64,000 bases of DNA from Neodothiora populina (taxonomy: Eukaryota): NCBI RefSeq assembly GCF_041146345.1, contig NW_027191408.1:1178001-1242000 (forward strand), given 5' to 3'. A program made the translations under genes and the position numbers. Under the pieces are notes generated by a model that saw only the letters and a program-made list of their open reading frames with translations, searched no databases and was not told the DNA's origin. Shown here in pieces: positions 1 through 12,561 of this stretch. The first letter of the stretch is position 1, and each line of letters starts with the position of its first letter.

Positions 1-97
1 GCGCTTTCGGCTTTGAGGCAGCCTGCCTGAAAGATTGATTTATGTACAAGCACGCTTGCCATCTAGCGCCTATGTCGGTATTAGATTTTCTATATCA

Positions 98-1505
98 TTA
101 TGCGCCCGCCCGATACAAGCCAGCTAGTTCGGGGTAGGTTTGTGAGAATACAGTGCCCAGTGACCAGTTGTCGAGATTTCTCAGATGGTGTTCAAAGGCC
201 GAGCTGATCACCACTTCTCCGGAGACAGGGTCTGTTGTTGTCGCATGGTCCAAATCGTGCGGCCAATTCACCGATAATCCAGCGAAATAAGGCATGGAGA
301 ATTCTTCCTGTAGAAATCGTGTAGAATGCCCAATGAGGAAGTTGCGCACTTGTGGCCAGGGTATATGATCTATCCAAGGGGGATGGGCTGTGACCATCTG
401 TAGATTGGTAGGGCGGGCCCAGTCTGGCAAAGCTTCATAATTTTCTCGACTTGGAAATATGACAAACTTGCATCGAGGTTAGCATGAACGCAGACTAACG
501 CTTCATAAGCAGACTTACTCTCAAAGTAAGATGTGTGAACCACACAAAAGCCACCTGCTCAGGTATCCGATGGAAAATCTGTACTTTGGCCATCACCTCT
601 GTGAGCATCTGGGTCACTGGGTGCTGCGCCTTTGGGCCCGCTCCTAGTCCCAGAGATGGTAGCATGCTCATGGGTGGAACCCTGTTGCCTAGTACCAGAT
701 CCTCGGGCTCTCCATTTTTGAGCAGTGTCTGTCTAGAATTCGTGAAAATGGTGATAATGCTGTCCATCGGACATGTCGGAGCCGAGTTCTTCGGCACTAG
801 GTTGGGCAGATCGGACCATGAATAAACAGAATTGGGGCTTCCATAGGCAGAACCCTCTGTACCACAGCCAGGACTGCTGTGTGAGTCGATGCGAGTTGTA
901 CTGCGATGATTCCATGACGGTATCAAGACTGCTTCGTGAGGACCCGGAGAAACGGAAGCAGGAGAAATTTGTCTCTGATAACGAATCGACAGATGGTCCG
1001 AACGATTCGATGGTCCACGTGATACCATGGAGTCGGATGCCTGAGGTGATTGCAGCTGAAGAGGTCGACTGATCTGATAAAAACTAATGCCAGAGTCCAC
1101 AGGCAAGCCGCTCGGTGAATTTGCTTGTGATTCGTCGGTGCCAATAAGTCGAGAGACTGACGCCAGTCGCGCCCGAGCAGCTTCTAATTGGGCATAGGTG
1201 GACTCGAGTCGCTCACGGAGCTCCATGGCTTCCCTCCGCGCAACATCGCGCTCCTCTTGGGCTTGATTTATGATCTGCTCATATCTGGCTGCAGCAGCTT
1301 GACTTTCCGCAAGACGGGTCTCTGCTTCATCAATTCGCCGTCGGGTACGTTCACGACTCAATCGCTGAGCTTCTCTGTCCTGATCACGTTTTCGAGCAAT
1401 CTGATCAGGTGTTCGCTCTGGTCTCCGCCGCTTCACGTTTTCAGTCGAAGCACTCCTAGATTGCTGCATATTAGATGGGCTTCCACCAAGTGCTGTGGTA
1501 CTCAT
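98..1505 (-). CDS. bZIP transcription factor with C-terminal DUF3425-type domain (2 exons: 1505-519, 466-98)
   Basis: Basic region RKRDQDREAQRLSRERTR is followed by a coiled coil. Intron 518-467 (GTAAGT...CTAAC...AAG) joins WFTHLTLR to FVIFPSRENYEALPDWARPT...HPPWIDHIPWPQVR...LSVNWP...FEHHLRNLDNWSLG, typical DUF3425 motifs. Confidence 0.85.
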
Positions 1506-2334
1506 CCTCCCACGATTTGAAATGAGAAGGGACGGGGCATTGGTAGCGTGGATACCGAAAGGTATATGTTCTTTGAAGGTCTAGTCCACGTGCGATGGTG
1601 AGCCAAGCACTTTTGCCATATGGTCGATGTACACATTACGAAATTGTTGTCTGGAGGGATCGGCATCGCCCCGCGGAGTAGATCGTCCCTTCTAGCAAAT
1701 CATCGATTTACGCCGGTGCGGTCGGCTACCGGAAAACGCGCCAGCGCTACTTGGATGGTTCCGCCGCTAACGAAGCATGAAGTGGGAACATACGAAACAA
1801 GAGTCCTTGCACGTTTCGTTCTGATCCATGCATCAATACTGCTGTATTTGGACCGCCCTCCGAGGAACGTGCATAGCTCTGCAAGACTCACTTTGCCTCT
1901 TCGCCGTGACAAGCCGAAGAAGAGGCGCTGTCGTGCGTGGTGTCGGTGTCAGATCCCAGCAAGTAAGATCGATTCGGAATGATGGGAACCTGTAATAAAG
2001 CCTTGGTAGCACGCGCAGTAGAATAAGCAACGATTGAGCAAACTTTCTACTATATCTCTAGTGGTGACCCTGCCCCTCATTGGCAAGGCCAAGCTTCGTG
2101 GATTCTGTGCAGTGCACATGTGCAGCCAGTTCAGCTGCAGGGTCGGGTTCTAAACGCCGCTTTTCACTCTATTTTACCGCCATCAGACCCATTGACAGCT
2201 GCGCGTGTACCTCTGAGGTAGAGGGATACGAGGTGTGATGAACCACCTTACGTTGGCAAGTGATTGTCAAACTTCAAGTTCAAAAACAAAGGTCCGAGAC
2301 CTTACTTGCTGCCTGCTATCTTACATATACAAGC

Positions 2335-2500
2335 TCATCGCTTCTGGTCAGTCGTGTTGTTATCATCACTGGCTTTGGTCAACCGTCGGGAGATACGGCT
2401 AAGACTTGGCAACAGCATGCCCGACGTGAATGTTCGGTTAGTAACCCAACATACAGCTAGTTGAAACGATCAGTGGTTTAGTCGAACAAGTCATCCAGCC
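2335..2500 (+). pseudogene. Possible relic of a short-chain dehydrogenase/reductase (SDR)
   Basis: Fragments LVSRVVIITGFGQPSGDTAKTW/GN and ETISGLVEQVIQ, in different frames, resemble the Rossmann-fold start of fungal SDRs. There is no intact ORF. Confidence 0.3.
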
Positions 2501-5500
2501 TTTACTGTAGTGGAGATGCTTCGAGACTGGAGGCGTCTGTCAAATGGTACGCGAATGTCCCAACCAGCTCGCTGGTGTCATTGATGTCACGACGCTGCTT
2601 AGGTTACCTTACCCACCGTACCTTTGCTGCAGCAAGGTGGCTTTAGTTGCGCATACACTTGGAGGAGGATAAAAGCATTCTTACATCCACATGCATCCCA
2701 CGAATCCTGATCTAAACAAACCATCGGTGCTGGCCCTTAATCTCTGAGCTATTGAGATAACTCTCAGACGACAAACTCAAGGAGACGGTGCTTGTGTACT
2801 GCCTGTCCGTCGTCCCATGCTTTACACAGTACTGTACTTCGGCTCTCGGCCATGGCACCAGCTTTCGGATGCAGATACCCTGCAGATCTAAGCCAGGCAT
2901 CTGTGCACTTCAAAAGGAGATGTTATCAGCGCTCGGATCTACTGCTGCAGGCCTAAATGGCATGGTGGTGCACGTACTAAATTTGGTCCACGGTCAGCTG
3001 TGTCTCCGAGCTCATCTCCCACATCGATGATGTAGTGCATCTGCCAAGTCCTCTACACTTCCGGACGACGCATTTAAAAGGACCCTGAATGGCGGACCAT
3101 AGCCCTATCGCTTAGATCTGCCATGGAAATTTCCGCCGAGTCCCGACCATTATACTAAGGTATGCATCTAGGCATATGCATGCTCTACTCGGTATAACGG
3201 ATTACATGAATCAGGCTGTCGCTGTTCTGCCCGATGAAACAGCAAGGCTTCCACACCACCGGATTGTCATCCTCGCGTTGACGTATCCAGCCCATTTTCA
3301 TTTGGAGTTGGCTGAGCTCAAACGTGGTAGTCGAGACATATGGGTCTCACGTTCGTTCAGCGTCCTTTTACACCGAAAGCAATCGCCCTTGAAGCACTCG
3401 ATGGATTCGCTCACTCTATTTGCCAGTGGGTAATTTTGGCCTAGAACGAACCATGGTATTGGGTTCTTTGGAAAGCGAGACGCGAGTGAAGCCGTCCGGC
3501 AATCACAATCTACTGTATCGCGTTCATTGCCCGTATGCATTGGGATGCCGCTCCAGGCCCCGATTCTTCCCCAGATCACAGGAGTGGTTCTAGCCGTAGC
3601 AATGCAGTCGGATGAGCCACAGCTCAGTGAGCTATCAAACAAACCCCAGAGATCAAAGCATTCTGTATCCACAGGTGGCCTGATCGAACAAACACAAGAC
3701 CGGTCTATGCTGAAGTGTGCAATCCTTTGCGATAGCTATGTAACGGGTCAACTCAATGTCGGGTAGTTGATGTGACTCTGTTTGACAGCTTGTAGACTTT
3801 GGTAAATGCTGCCGTAGCCAGTAATTCTACACGAGGCGGATATGCAATGTGATATGGACGTCGTTGGTCCGATGTTGTGCTACGGATGCCCACCGTCACC
3901 ACGAGCAATGCTACCTGGCTGAAAGGGAGGAATTCGCATTCGCAGGCAGCATATCGCAACAGGCAGCAGAAGCTCACCGTTTCGAACGGTTGTACGCGGA
4001 CAGGGGCAAGTCAGTGAAATCACGTTGCTCTTCATAGCATCGTGCTACTGCTACTATGTGGGAACAGCTGCCTTGCAGTGTCTTGCAAAGGTGTAACAAT
4101 GCCAATCTTGGGACAGATGGATTTTAGGCTTTCGGATCGTCGCAATCGGCATGGCGATGATAGAGCCGCAACTGAGTGCAGAGACCATCGATCATGCATC
4201 ATGGCGGCGGCCGCTTGTCACGAACCACAAACAAGAGCCACCAACCAAAGGCTTACTCAGCCTCTCCACCTGTTTTCTTCCAAATACTGTAACTCTGTGC
4301 CTCGACCACGGAAGATCTTCAGGGCGGGGATGGTGGAGGGAGGAAATTTAACGCACGTATCGCTGGAAAAGACGCTCTTTTGCCCCACACTCGCTGGCGC
4401 TTCTCACGGAGTTTTGTCGAGTGACCCTCTATCGCCTTGTTCTTTCTCTTGTCCAGCTCAATGTCGCAAAATTAGGAGTACGTTAGTTTCATCTCGTGGA
4501 CCCTTGCCCACTAACATTTTCATGATGGTGAAGCTGACGCACAGAATATTCTCTGTCTTCCACAGGCAGCCACGTAACTTTTGGCCGCACCCAGAAGCTT
4601 TCGGATTCCGTTCGCTATGCAACCTAGACACAGACTGCCTTGCGTATATGGCCTTGCGGCTCAATAATAGCTAGTACAAGCTTTATATCCCCGAGGGTTG
4701 CATATCGTTTCGCAAAAGACCAAACTACAGTCACGTCTTCACCTCACGCCGATGGATGTCCGGTCATGCAAGACACAGCATCACGTGTTTGATGTTGGCT
4801 CTTGCAGACCAAATGCATCTAGTTGATCTGCCCATCGCAAAAATCTACCAAGTTTTCCGGATGGAGTAATACCAGTTTAAGCATAAAAGAAGGCGATTCA
4901 TGTCGGCTGTGCAGCCCAGGAAAGCACCTGGTTCTGTTTATAAAGGAAATAAGTACTTGTAACTAGCTGACCGCTATTTGTTCTATCGCCGATTCTTCTA
5001 GGGGAAAACAAGGCAACAAACGATGAATGTTTTGAAAGTCTTTGGGGACCCCCACTTGGTACAGGACAAGTACTGTGAGGCATGAACAGCATGACGTCTC
5101 GTGCTTATTGACTTCTTTGACTTTTAAGGGAATGGGGGAAAAGCCGACTGGAAAGATCAGCAGGGTCTGGTTTTAATGGAGTTGATCATGGTCAATAACC
5201 CAGCACGTGGACATTTCCCGACCGGGCTTTTTGTTATAGGTTGCGTATGCGGAGTCATGTCCTCGACGTCTCGTGTTTTGGGTTTGGGTCTTGCTCCCAT
5301 TCCACAGCGCCTCGAAAGCGCCAGTCACACCTGTCTGCAGATCGAATCAATTTGCGACAACCGTGAGAACAGGAGAAGATATCTCAGCTCCTACGAAAAA
5401 CCCGACCGGATGGTTATGTGACTACCGACGGCAGTACCGCAGAAGCTTGCTCTTCTAGCCTGCATGTCTACTCGGAGCCACGAGCTGATCGCTGATATTT

Positions 5501-6752
5501 CTCCTCGTCAGCATCAACCCGTCACCGTACGCTGACACGAGATGTCTTGTTGGGTCTTTCTTCTCGACATCCGCGGACGTGTCCCTGACACGAACTGGAT
5601 TTCCAATGAATCTTTTCCACTGCCGTGGAGACCGATCAACCGAATAGCAAGTGGTATTACTTCGGGTGGCAGGGGTGATGCTCGGCATCATGGCCGATCG
5701 CTACTCGTGTGTGCATGCGGTATATCTCTCAACACGCCTCTTGTTGTTTTGCCATGTAGGTTCTCGATTGTGATCTACAACGTGTATTGGGCGTGATTTT
5801 TCGGAGCGACATGCACAACACGGCATATTTCGATGCAAGGAGGATCAAGAGGACTCTTGAGGACCCTTTCCCGCTATGACATACCTGGAATTGTCCATGA
5901 GAAGATTATGGCATTGCTTTTGCAGTCCCGTCTGGGATCCTACCTATGTCTCTCTGTTCGGAACATAATGACCAAGGAAGACTGTATATCGACTTGGCCT
6001 GCCTGTAGCTGCCCACAAGAGCACCTGAGAGCTTTCTCTGTTGCTCAAGCCAGTCGTTGTTCTTCTTGTCGAACTCTGCCTCGACCCTGATCAGGCTCTC
6101 GATAGATTCGAAAGTCTTTCAACTCCGTTTCTGGTACTATCGCTAGGTGTCTCCATACATACGGCGTCTGATTTCTTTCATGCAGTGGAAAGACTACACC
6201 GTCATTCAATCGCGGATCACTTCAGATGGTCGGCTCTCTCAAGATCACCTATTGTAATCTCCCCCTAGGATCGACACATGAGGAAAATGTAAACGTGCAA
6301 CAAGTCATGTATGAACATACACAAGAATCAACCCTCGTATGAACAAAGGTAAACAGTATGATTAGATTTAGCGATAATGTCTGGACGTCTAGATATACAT
6401 GACCAAGGTATATCTTCCGCAAAGACAAAAACAGCCAAGTAGGTACGAAAAGTGCATCGAACGCGCGAGCACACATGGTATATACTCGCAGAAGTGACAC
6501 GAGAGATACACTCTCCACCACAATCTCCCGTTCAAAACCAAGATAAGAGTTACAAACAAGAGGGGAGGCGATTCGCACTATTCTTACTAGAAATTCAAGG
6601 GTTGGATTCGAACAGGGGGAACAGATATCGCATCGTCTAGCGCAAGGGGGCTCATCTAGCTTTTGCTTTTGCTTTGATCGAGTCGGACGAAGCTCACTCT
6701 TTCTTCTGTTTCCGAGAGAAAAGTGGGTGGGCGAAGGTATTGCAGGCTGTCA

Positions 6753-6785
6753 CGAGAGAGAGAGAGAGAGGGGGGGGGGGGGGGA
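6753..6785. repeat. (GA)n microsatellite fused to a poly-G run
   Basis: Direct reading of the sequence. Confidence 0.95.
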
Positions 6786-6974
6786 GGACAGGGTCGCGCC
6801 CACTTGCACCCTCTTGCACCCTGTTCTCTCGGTCGTGATCTCTCGGTCGTAATCTTCCAGTGCTGATCTTCTGATTGGTACTATCCACGCTGACCATCCT
6901 CGTCGTGGTCTCTCCGTTCCGTTGTGAATCTCTTGTCGTGCGCGGGAGGGGAGATGAGCTTGTTGTCCCTTTTT

Positions 6975-6982
6975 CTTCTTCT

Positions 6983-7015
<33 letters not shown>
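6975..7015. repeat. (CTT)n microsatellite
   Basis: Direct reading of the sequence. Confidence 0.95.
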
Positions 7016-7016
<1 letters not shown>

Positions 7017-7359
7017 AGTCCTTGCATATCTCTTCTCTCGGAAGTCGAATTGAGCGGTTTTAAGGTCTCTGACGGAAAAAGTGTGGGCTGGAGTTGGGTG
7101 GGGATTAGGTGGAGGATGGAAGAGTTGGGGCAGAGAATAGAGTAGAGAAGTGGAAATGGATAGACACCTGAAACCTCAGAAGAGAGTAGTCCAACAGTAA
7201 GGAGTAGTCATCACCTTGGATTCGCTTTTCGTCCAGGGGTCTTTCGGGAACAGGTACGCAGTAGAAGAAGAACATTTCCTAGTATTGTAGACTTTTTGAT
7301 TAGGTGATACAGAGGAGAAGGAAGAAGAGAAAGAAGGAGGGAGCTGGACAGAAGAGCCT

Positions 7360-10300
7360 CTATCCCTTTCTCCTCTTTCCTCCTCCACCACCACCACCAC
7401 CACCACCACCACCACCACTGTCCTCGCCCCACCCCTTTCTCTTGCGGCCCTCTTTCCTCCAGAATTCCGCCTTCACTCTCTTTTCCCTCTCCGCCTTCTT
7501 CTCCGCGTCCTCCGCCACTTTGGCCCTGTATCCCTCCTTGCGCTCTTCCTGCTTCGCTCGCCTCTTGGCGACTTTTTCGTTGCGCAGCGTCTGCACTTGC
7601 TGCAGTAGCCGACGCGCCTCTTTCTCTTCTTTGCCCGGCACCACTGCTCGTTTGGCCATGTACGTCTGCGAAGACTTGGGTTGCGGCGCCATGGTCGTGA
7701 TTTGAGACTTGAATGGCAGATCGGCCTGGAGCTTGCGGGGCACGCGCAGAGGATTAAAGTGGCGGGCTTGACGCTCGATGGTGCGGTATGCCGAGTTGGG
7801 ATCTGAAGGTGTAGGGACATTGAGCGCGGCGCGCACTTCGCCTGTCAGGCGCATGCCCTGCCATTCTGTCGTCGGGCCGGCTTGGCCTTCTGCGTCGGCT
7901 TCCTTGGATGCGTTGGTGCCGACTTGCTTCTGCTCGAGCAGGTTCGTCACGGGGTTGTAGAAGCGGTGCGGCTTGATCGGGTACCAGGCTCGCAGGAACA
8001 CAATGTCCGACATGAGGATCTTGTCTTCGAAGGTCGCGCGGAAGTTGCCTTCGGGTTTGGCCAGCGCTTTCTTGATCTGACCGCGTACGCCTGACACGGT
8101 CTTGATCGCTGCGCCTTCGAACTTGGCGATTTCCAGCGAGGAAGAAAACATGTCTTTGATGAAGGCCGTGTTCTTGAAGATCTTGTACGGGTGGCCGGTC
8201 AGTTTCAATTTCTTGACGATTTCCGTCGACTCGTCGACGTTCAACACGACGCCTGTTGCTGCGACGCGGAAACCGGGGTTCTTGTTGGACATTGACTGCA
8301 CGCAGCAGAAACCAGTGTTGGGAGCAATCAAGGGGCCATAGAAAGTCCCGAAACAATGCATATGCTCAGGTGTGTATTTCAGCATTCTGTTACGCGTTCT
8401 TGAGTCGGAGATGCTGTACACGGGCATCGTCTGGAATCGTCGCCATCCCAGAGAGAAGATCAGCGGATCGTTGGTCTTGAGGATCTTCTTGTGCCAGCGA
8501 TGACGCTTGATGCGCACTTGTACAAATCCAAACCGCTCTTCGGTAGGCGCAAGTCCTCCGATCAGGATCGGGTACTTGGGGTTGAAGTGCGCGCTGAACT
8601 CGTACGGGACGTTCGACAGGGTGATGCGCGCATAAGTGCCTGCTTTGTATCCCTCAACGCGCACACGTGAGAGGTCGTCGAGCTGCTCAAACTCGGATCG
8701 GTTGATGTCTAGTTGCTTCTGGATCAGTGCTTTTTGCGCATCGTACCAGTCGTCTTCGCCAAACTCTTCGTCTGCGGGACCTTCCTTGCGTGCGTTGGTC
8801 TTGTCATTTGCGAAACCTTCTCGGTCCTCTTCTTCGAAGCGCAGCTTCAGCTCCTCTTTGCGGCGGGCGTTGCGTTCACGTTCGGCGTCGATGTCGACTT
8901 GACCGTCATTGTCGGCGCCGTCATCTTCGGCAGCACCGTCGGGGCCGTGTACCTCGCCGGTCTCGAGATCCTCAAAGGCACCATCACCTTCGTCATCGTC
9001 GGCGATGCCTTCAAACTCGGCATCTGATCCCTCGCCGTCTTCGCCGCCCTGCGAGAGGTCGACACCCGAAGCAAAACGAACACGAAGGGCCTCGAGGTTT
9101 TCTTCCTCGGTCCATTTCTGTTCGAGTTCGGCACGGTTGTAGCGTGGGATGTGGCGGGTATCGAGGTTTTCGACATCCTCGGGCTTGGCTTTCTTGAACA
9201 AGTCGTCCTCGTCGTCATTGTCGTTGTCGTCGTCTTCGGTGTCATGGCCTCGCCATTTCTTCAGGACTTCTGCAGTGGACAGCATATCGTTGTAGAGCAT
9301 TTTGGCGAGCTCGACGGTGCGGTAAGGGACTCGCTTGCCGTGCATGGCCAGCGCCTGCTGGCGAAGGTTGTCCTTCCAGCGGAGGTTGCCGTCTTCGTCT
9401 TGGCTGTATTCGCCGTCTTCATCAAAGCTCTCGGGGTCGCTGATGTCGTCTTCGTCTCCGGAGACAGAGCCGAGGTCAGAGTCACTGTCGGCGAATGCGA
9501 CGTCAGCCTCGCCGGCGTCTGGAGCTTGATCGACCTTTGACTCGGGAGCTTCGACGAGGTCTTGATCGTCGTCATCCTCTTCGTCATCATCGCCGCTCTC
9601 GAAGCCTTCGTCTTCAGGCAGGTGGTTGTCCTCGACTTCACGGCCGATGTTCCTCATGGACTTTCTGCCGAGGTCTTCGTCGGTGATTTTGTCGCCATCA
9701 CCGAAAAGCTGCAGACCCTCGTCGTTCTCGCCCAGCATTCTCTTTCCGCTCTGCAGACCCACGACCATCTGCTCTCCGAGACCGCGCTCTTCGTTGTCAT
9801 CGTCGTCGGGGTTGAAGGTGGAGCTCTTGACATGGACATAAACGGCGTCTTTGTCGACGAGCACACCTCCGACATCACTCATGGGAGCAAAGATGAGCTT
9901 CTGTTTCTCTCCGAGACGCGTCCTCCTCTTCTTTCCCGTCGCCTTCTCCATGGCCTGGTTGAGGTAGGGTGTGGGACACGGGTCGGGCAGGGCTTCGATG
10001 TTGCCGACGCCGAGATCGCCGACTCCGGGAATGTGGACTCTCGCGCCTTCGGCTGGGAAGTTTGTGCCGCGCAGGTAGCCGTAAAGTGCAATCGTGCGGT
10101 CGCACTTGGGGTTGTCTTCGATGGCGGTCGGAGGAGTGAGGTCGAGGAAGCGGTCGGCCAGACAGTAGGGATGGCTGTTCCTCCACACCAGCGGTCTCGG
10201 GTTCTTCATGACGGACAAGAATCTGCTGAGGTTCATGATCTCTCGGTCCGGGTAGCGTCCATTGACGACGCCGCTGAGATAGAAGAGCTTGGCGCCCTGG

Positions 10301-10950
10301 TACAGCTCGCTCCAGAATCTCTGCTTCAGTCTCTTCTTCTGCGCCTTGAGGGCGTCCTGCTTGCGGAACAGGTCCAGGTGGGTCAGGATGCCGAAGACGT
10401 TCCCCGGCATTCCCGACGAGCTCAGGACATTGAGAAACTCCATCGTCTCCATCTCGAAGCCGTAGTTGCCGTCAATCATGAGCAGGACAATGTCGACGAC
10501 CTTGGCCATGTCGATCATCGAGGCGAGCGAGTCGGAGGGCGTTTCGATCAAGGTCAGACGCCGGCGCTTGGAGGTGACGACGGTGATGGGGCCCGAGGGA
10601 GAAGAGAGCGACTGTTTGGTGTATCGTCGGATGAGTGATTTGATCAGCGTCGTCTTGCCCACGCCGGGGGGTCCGACGACGGCGACGATGATGGGGGGAG
10701 CTTCCTCGGGCAGGCGGTCCACGAGGGGCACGTGGAGGCGCTTTTCTTTGACCTGGCGACATGGCTGTCAGTGCTTCTGTTCTTCTTGTGTACTGATGAA
10801 TGAATGGATGATGATCACATCGTGGGAGCGAGCGGCCTGTCTCTGCAGCTTCCCCGGTCTGGCAAAGGCAAAGGCCTTGGGGTTTTCGCCACTGTGAGCC
10901 TTCTTGTCCTTTGTGGCTCTGTGTGGCCGGTTGGCCTGTTCGTCGGCCAT
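7360..10950 (-). CDS. BMS1: Ribosome biogenesis GTPase Bms1 (2 exons: 10950-10819, 10752-7360)
   Basis: Starts MADEQANRPHR...NPKAFAF. P-loop VVGPPGVGKTTLIKSL, GILTHLD, acidic middle region and C-terminal RIKRHRWHKKILKTNDPLIFSLGWRRFQT...RMLKYTPEHMHC. One GT-AG intron, 10818-10753. Confidence 0.97.
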
Positions 10951-11517
10951 GGGTGCGCCTGTTTTTGGTGATGAAACAGAGGGCAAGGGGGCACGACAGG
11001 AGACAGACACCAAGAAATCGAGACGGAAATACAATGAAACAGAATAGTGATTTTCTCGGTCTCTGTCTCTGTCTCTTGCTTCCCAGCCGGGCTTAGCGTG
11101 GCTTTGACAATAAAACGAGCCTTGGCAGTCGAGCCCTGACTCTCGGATCACAGACTTCCATCCGCAGATCAGGGTTGACTGTGACAGCAGAGTGAGAGCA
11201 GAGCACGTCTTTTTGCATGTGATTGATTCATGTCATGTGTTGTTTCTCGTGCGCCTATCTCTTGATCGACTACGTCACAGCGCATGCGCTGCCACTGTAC
11301 GATAAGGTAAGCTACCGGCTCAGTAGTAGAGGCAAGACGACCAACGTGGGCTTGGAGGGGCTTGCTGTACCTAGGTTGGTGGTTGTTTGGCTTGTTTATA
11401 TGACGATGATCGTGTCTCTTCCTCTCGCTCTCTGTTCTTCTTCCTCTCGATAGACCATACTGCCACTTCTACACACTTGGCCCCTTTTCCAAACCTTGCA
11501 AACATTCCACCAACAAG

Positions 11518-11932
11518 ATGCCTTCCATCAACGTGAGTAGTCGCTGCAGCGACCGCATGCAGTACTATCCACCACAAACCAGCAGACTGACCGCCACAAA
11601 GGTTTCCCTCAAGGACGGTGCCGACAGCGCCCAGCTCGAGCAGTGTGTCTCTTCCCTTTCTTCTTCTCTGCGGTCTTTCCTCCTTGCCAAGCATGTGCTG
11701 ACCATGTCTGTCTGTCGGTCTGCAGAGCCAAGAAGCAGGTCACCGAGCAAGGCGGCAAGATCACCACCGAATTCAAGCTCATCAAGGGCTTCACGTGCGT
11801 CTCCATGCTCCGTCTCCAGCTCTCTTGACTGACAGGAAGAACAGCGCCGAGTTCCCCGAGGACAAGGTGCACACCCTCGAGTCCAACGACCACATCAACG
11901 TCGAGGCCGATCAGGTCGTCAAGACCCAGTAG
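11518..11932 (+). CDS. Small peptidase inhibitor I9 family protein (Pbi2/POIA1-like), about 71 aa, 4 exons
   Basis: Exons 11518-11532, 11602-11642, 11726-11794 and 11845-11932 with canonical splice sites give MPSINVSLKDGADSAQLEQAKKQVTEQGGKITTEFKLIKGFTAEFPEDKVHTLESNDHINVEADQVVKTQ, a subtilisin-propeptide-like pattern (GGKIT.EF.LIKGF, VEADQVV). Confidence 0.85.
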
Positions 11933-12561
11933 ATTTTCGACCGCTGGATGACCCCAGAGATATGGCGGACTTGTAAACAACGACGACGACGACTTGACAT
12001 CTACCTTAGCATTCGAATGGGGCCCCAGCGCAAGCATGCATAGCATCTTGTCATGGACATAACGATACCCTTTTCTTCTTTTCTCTCTCCACTATTTCGG
12101 GCAGCTGTAACTTGTCACCAGCTCAGAGTGACTGCGTGTACAAAGTACCGTATGCCCATCGTCATCGTCATCATCTGATTAGATAGAACAGCACTCACCA
12201 TGTCTGTGCAGTATGACGTGTACCCAATCTGCTGTGCTTTCCAAGTCTTTTGACCACCTCGTGCCTGGTCTCTACTGACCCGAGGATACTGCACAATATT
12301 AATCACTCACTCGTCGGGTCGCATATACTAGCACTTGTACTTGTGTCTGTATCCGGGGAACCCTTTTCCGTCTTCGAGGTTTCTGTACCTTGAGCTCGGT
12401 TGCTGGTCTCTCTCCGGCCCTTTTTTTCTTCTTGGATCAGGCTATCGACACGTGAGATGTCATCGGACCTAATGTACGCGCCATGTGACGTCGCTCGACC
12501 TTTTTTTATTTATTTATTATGAATTGTTATAGCGCCTCCCTTCTCTTCTGATGTCTCGTAG

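Noticed and set aside
4042..4674. 210-aa ORF in the gene-free stretch
   Set aside because: It has a non-ATG start, Arg/Cys/His-rich random-like composition and no motifs.
6595..6625. GTTCGAATCC B-box-like sequence (also GTTCGAGTC near 39476)
   Set aside because: The flanks do not form a T stem or cloverleaf, so neither is a tRNA.
7172..7262. Minus-strand GTGATGA...CTGA and GGACGAAA suggesting a C/D snoRNA or hammerhead ribozyme
   Set aside because: The boxes are only 28 nt apart, the hammerhead elements are in the wrong order, and the segment contains a simple local duplication (GACTACTC twice).
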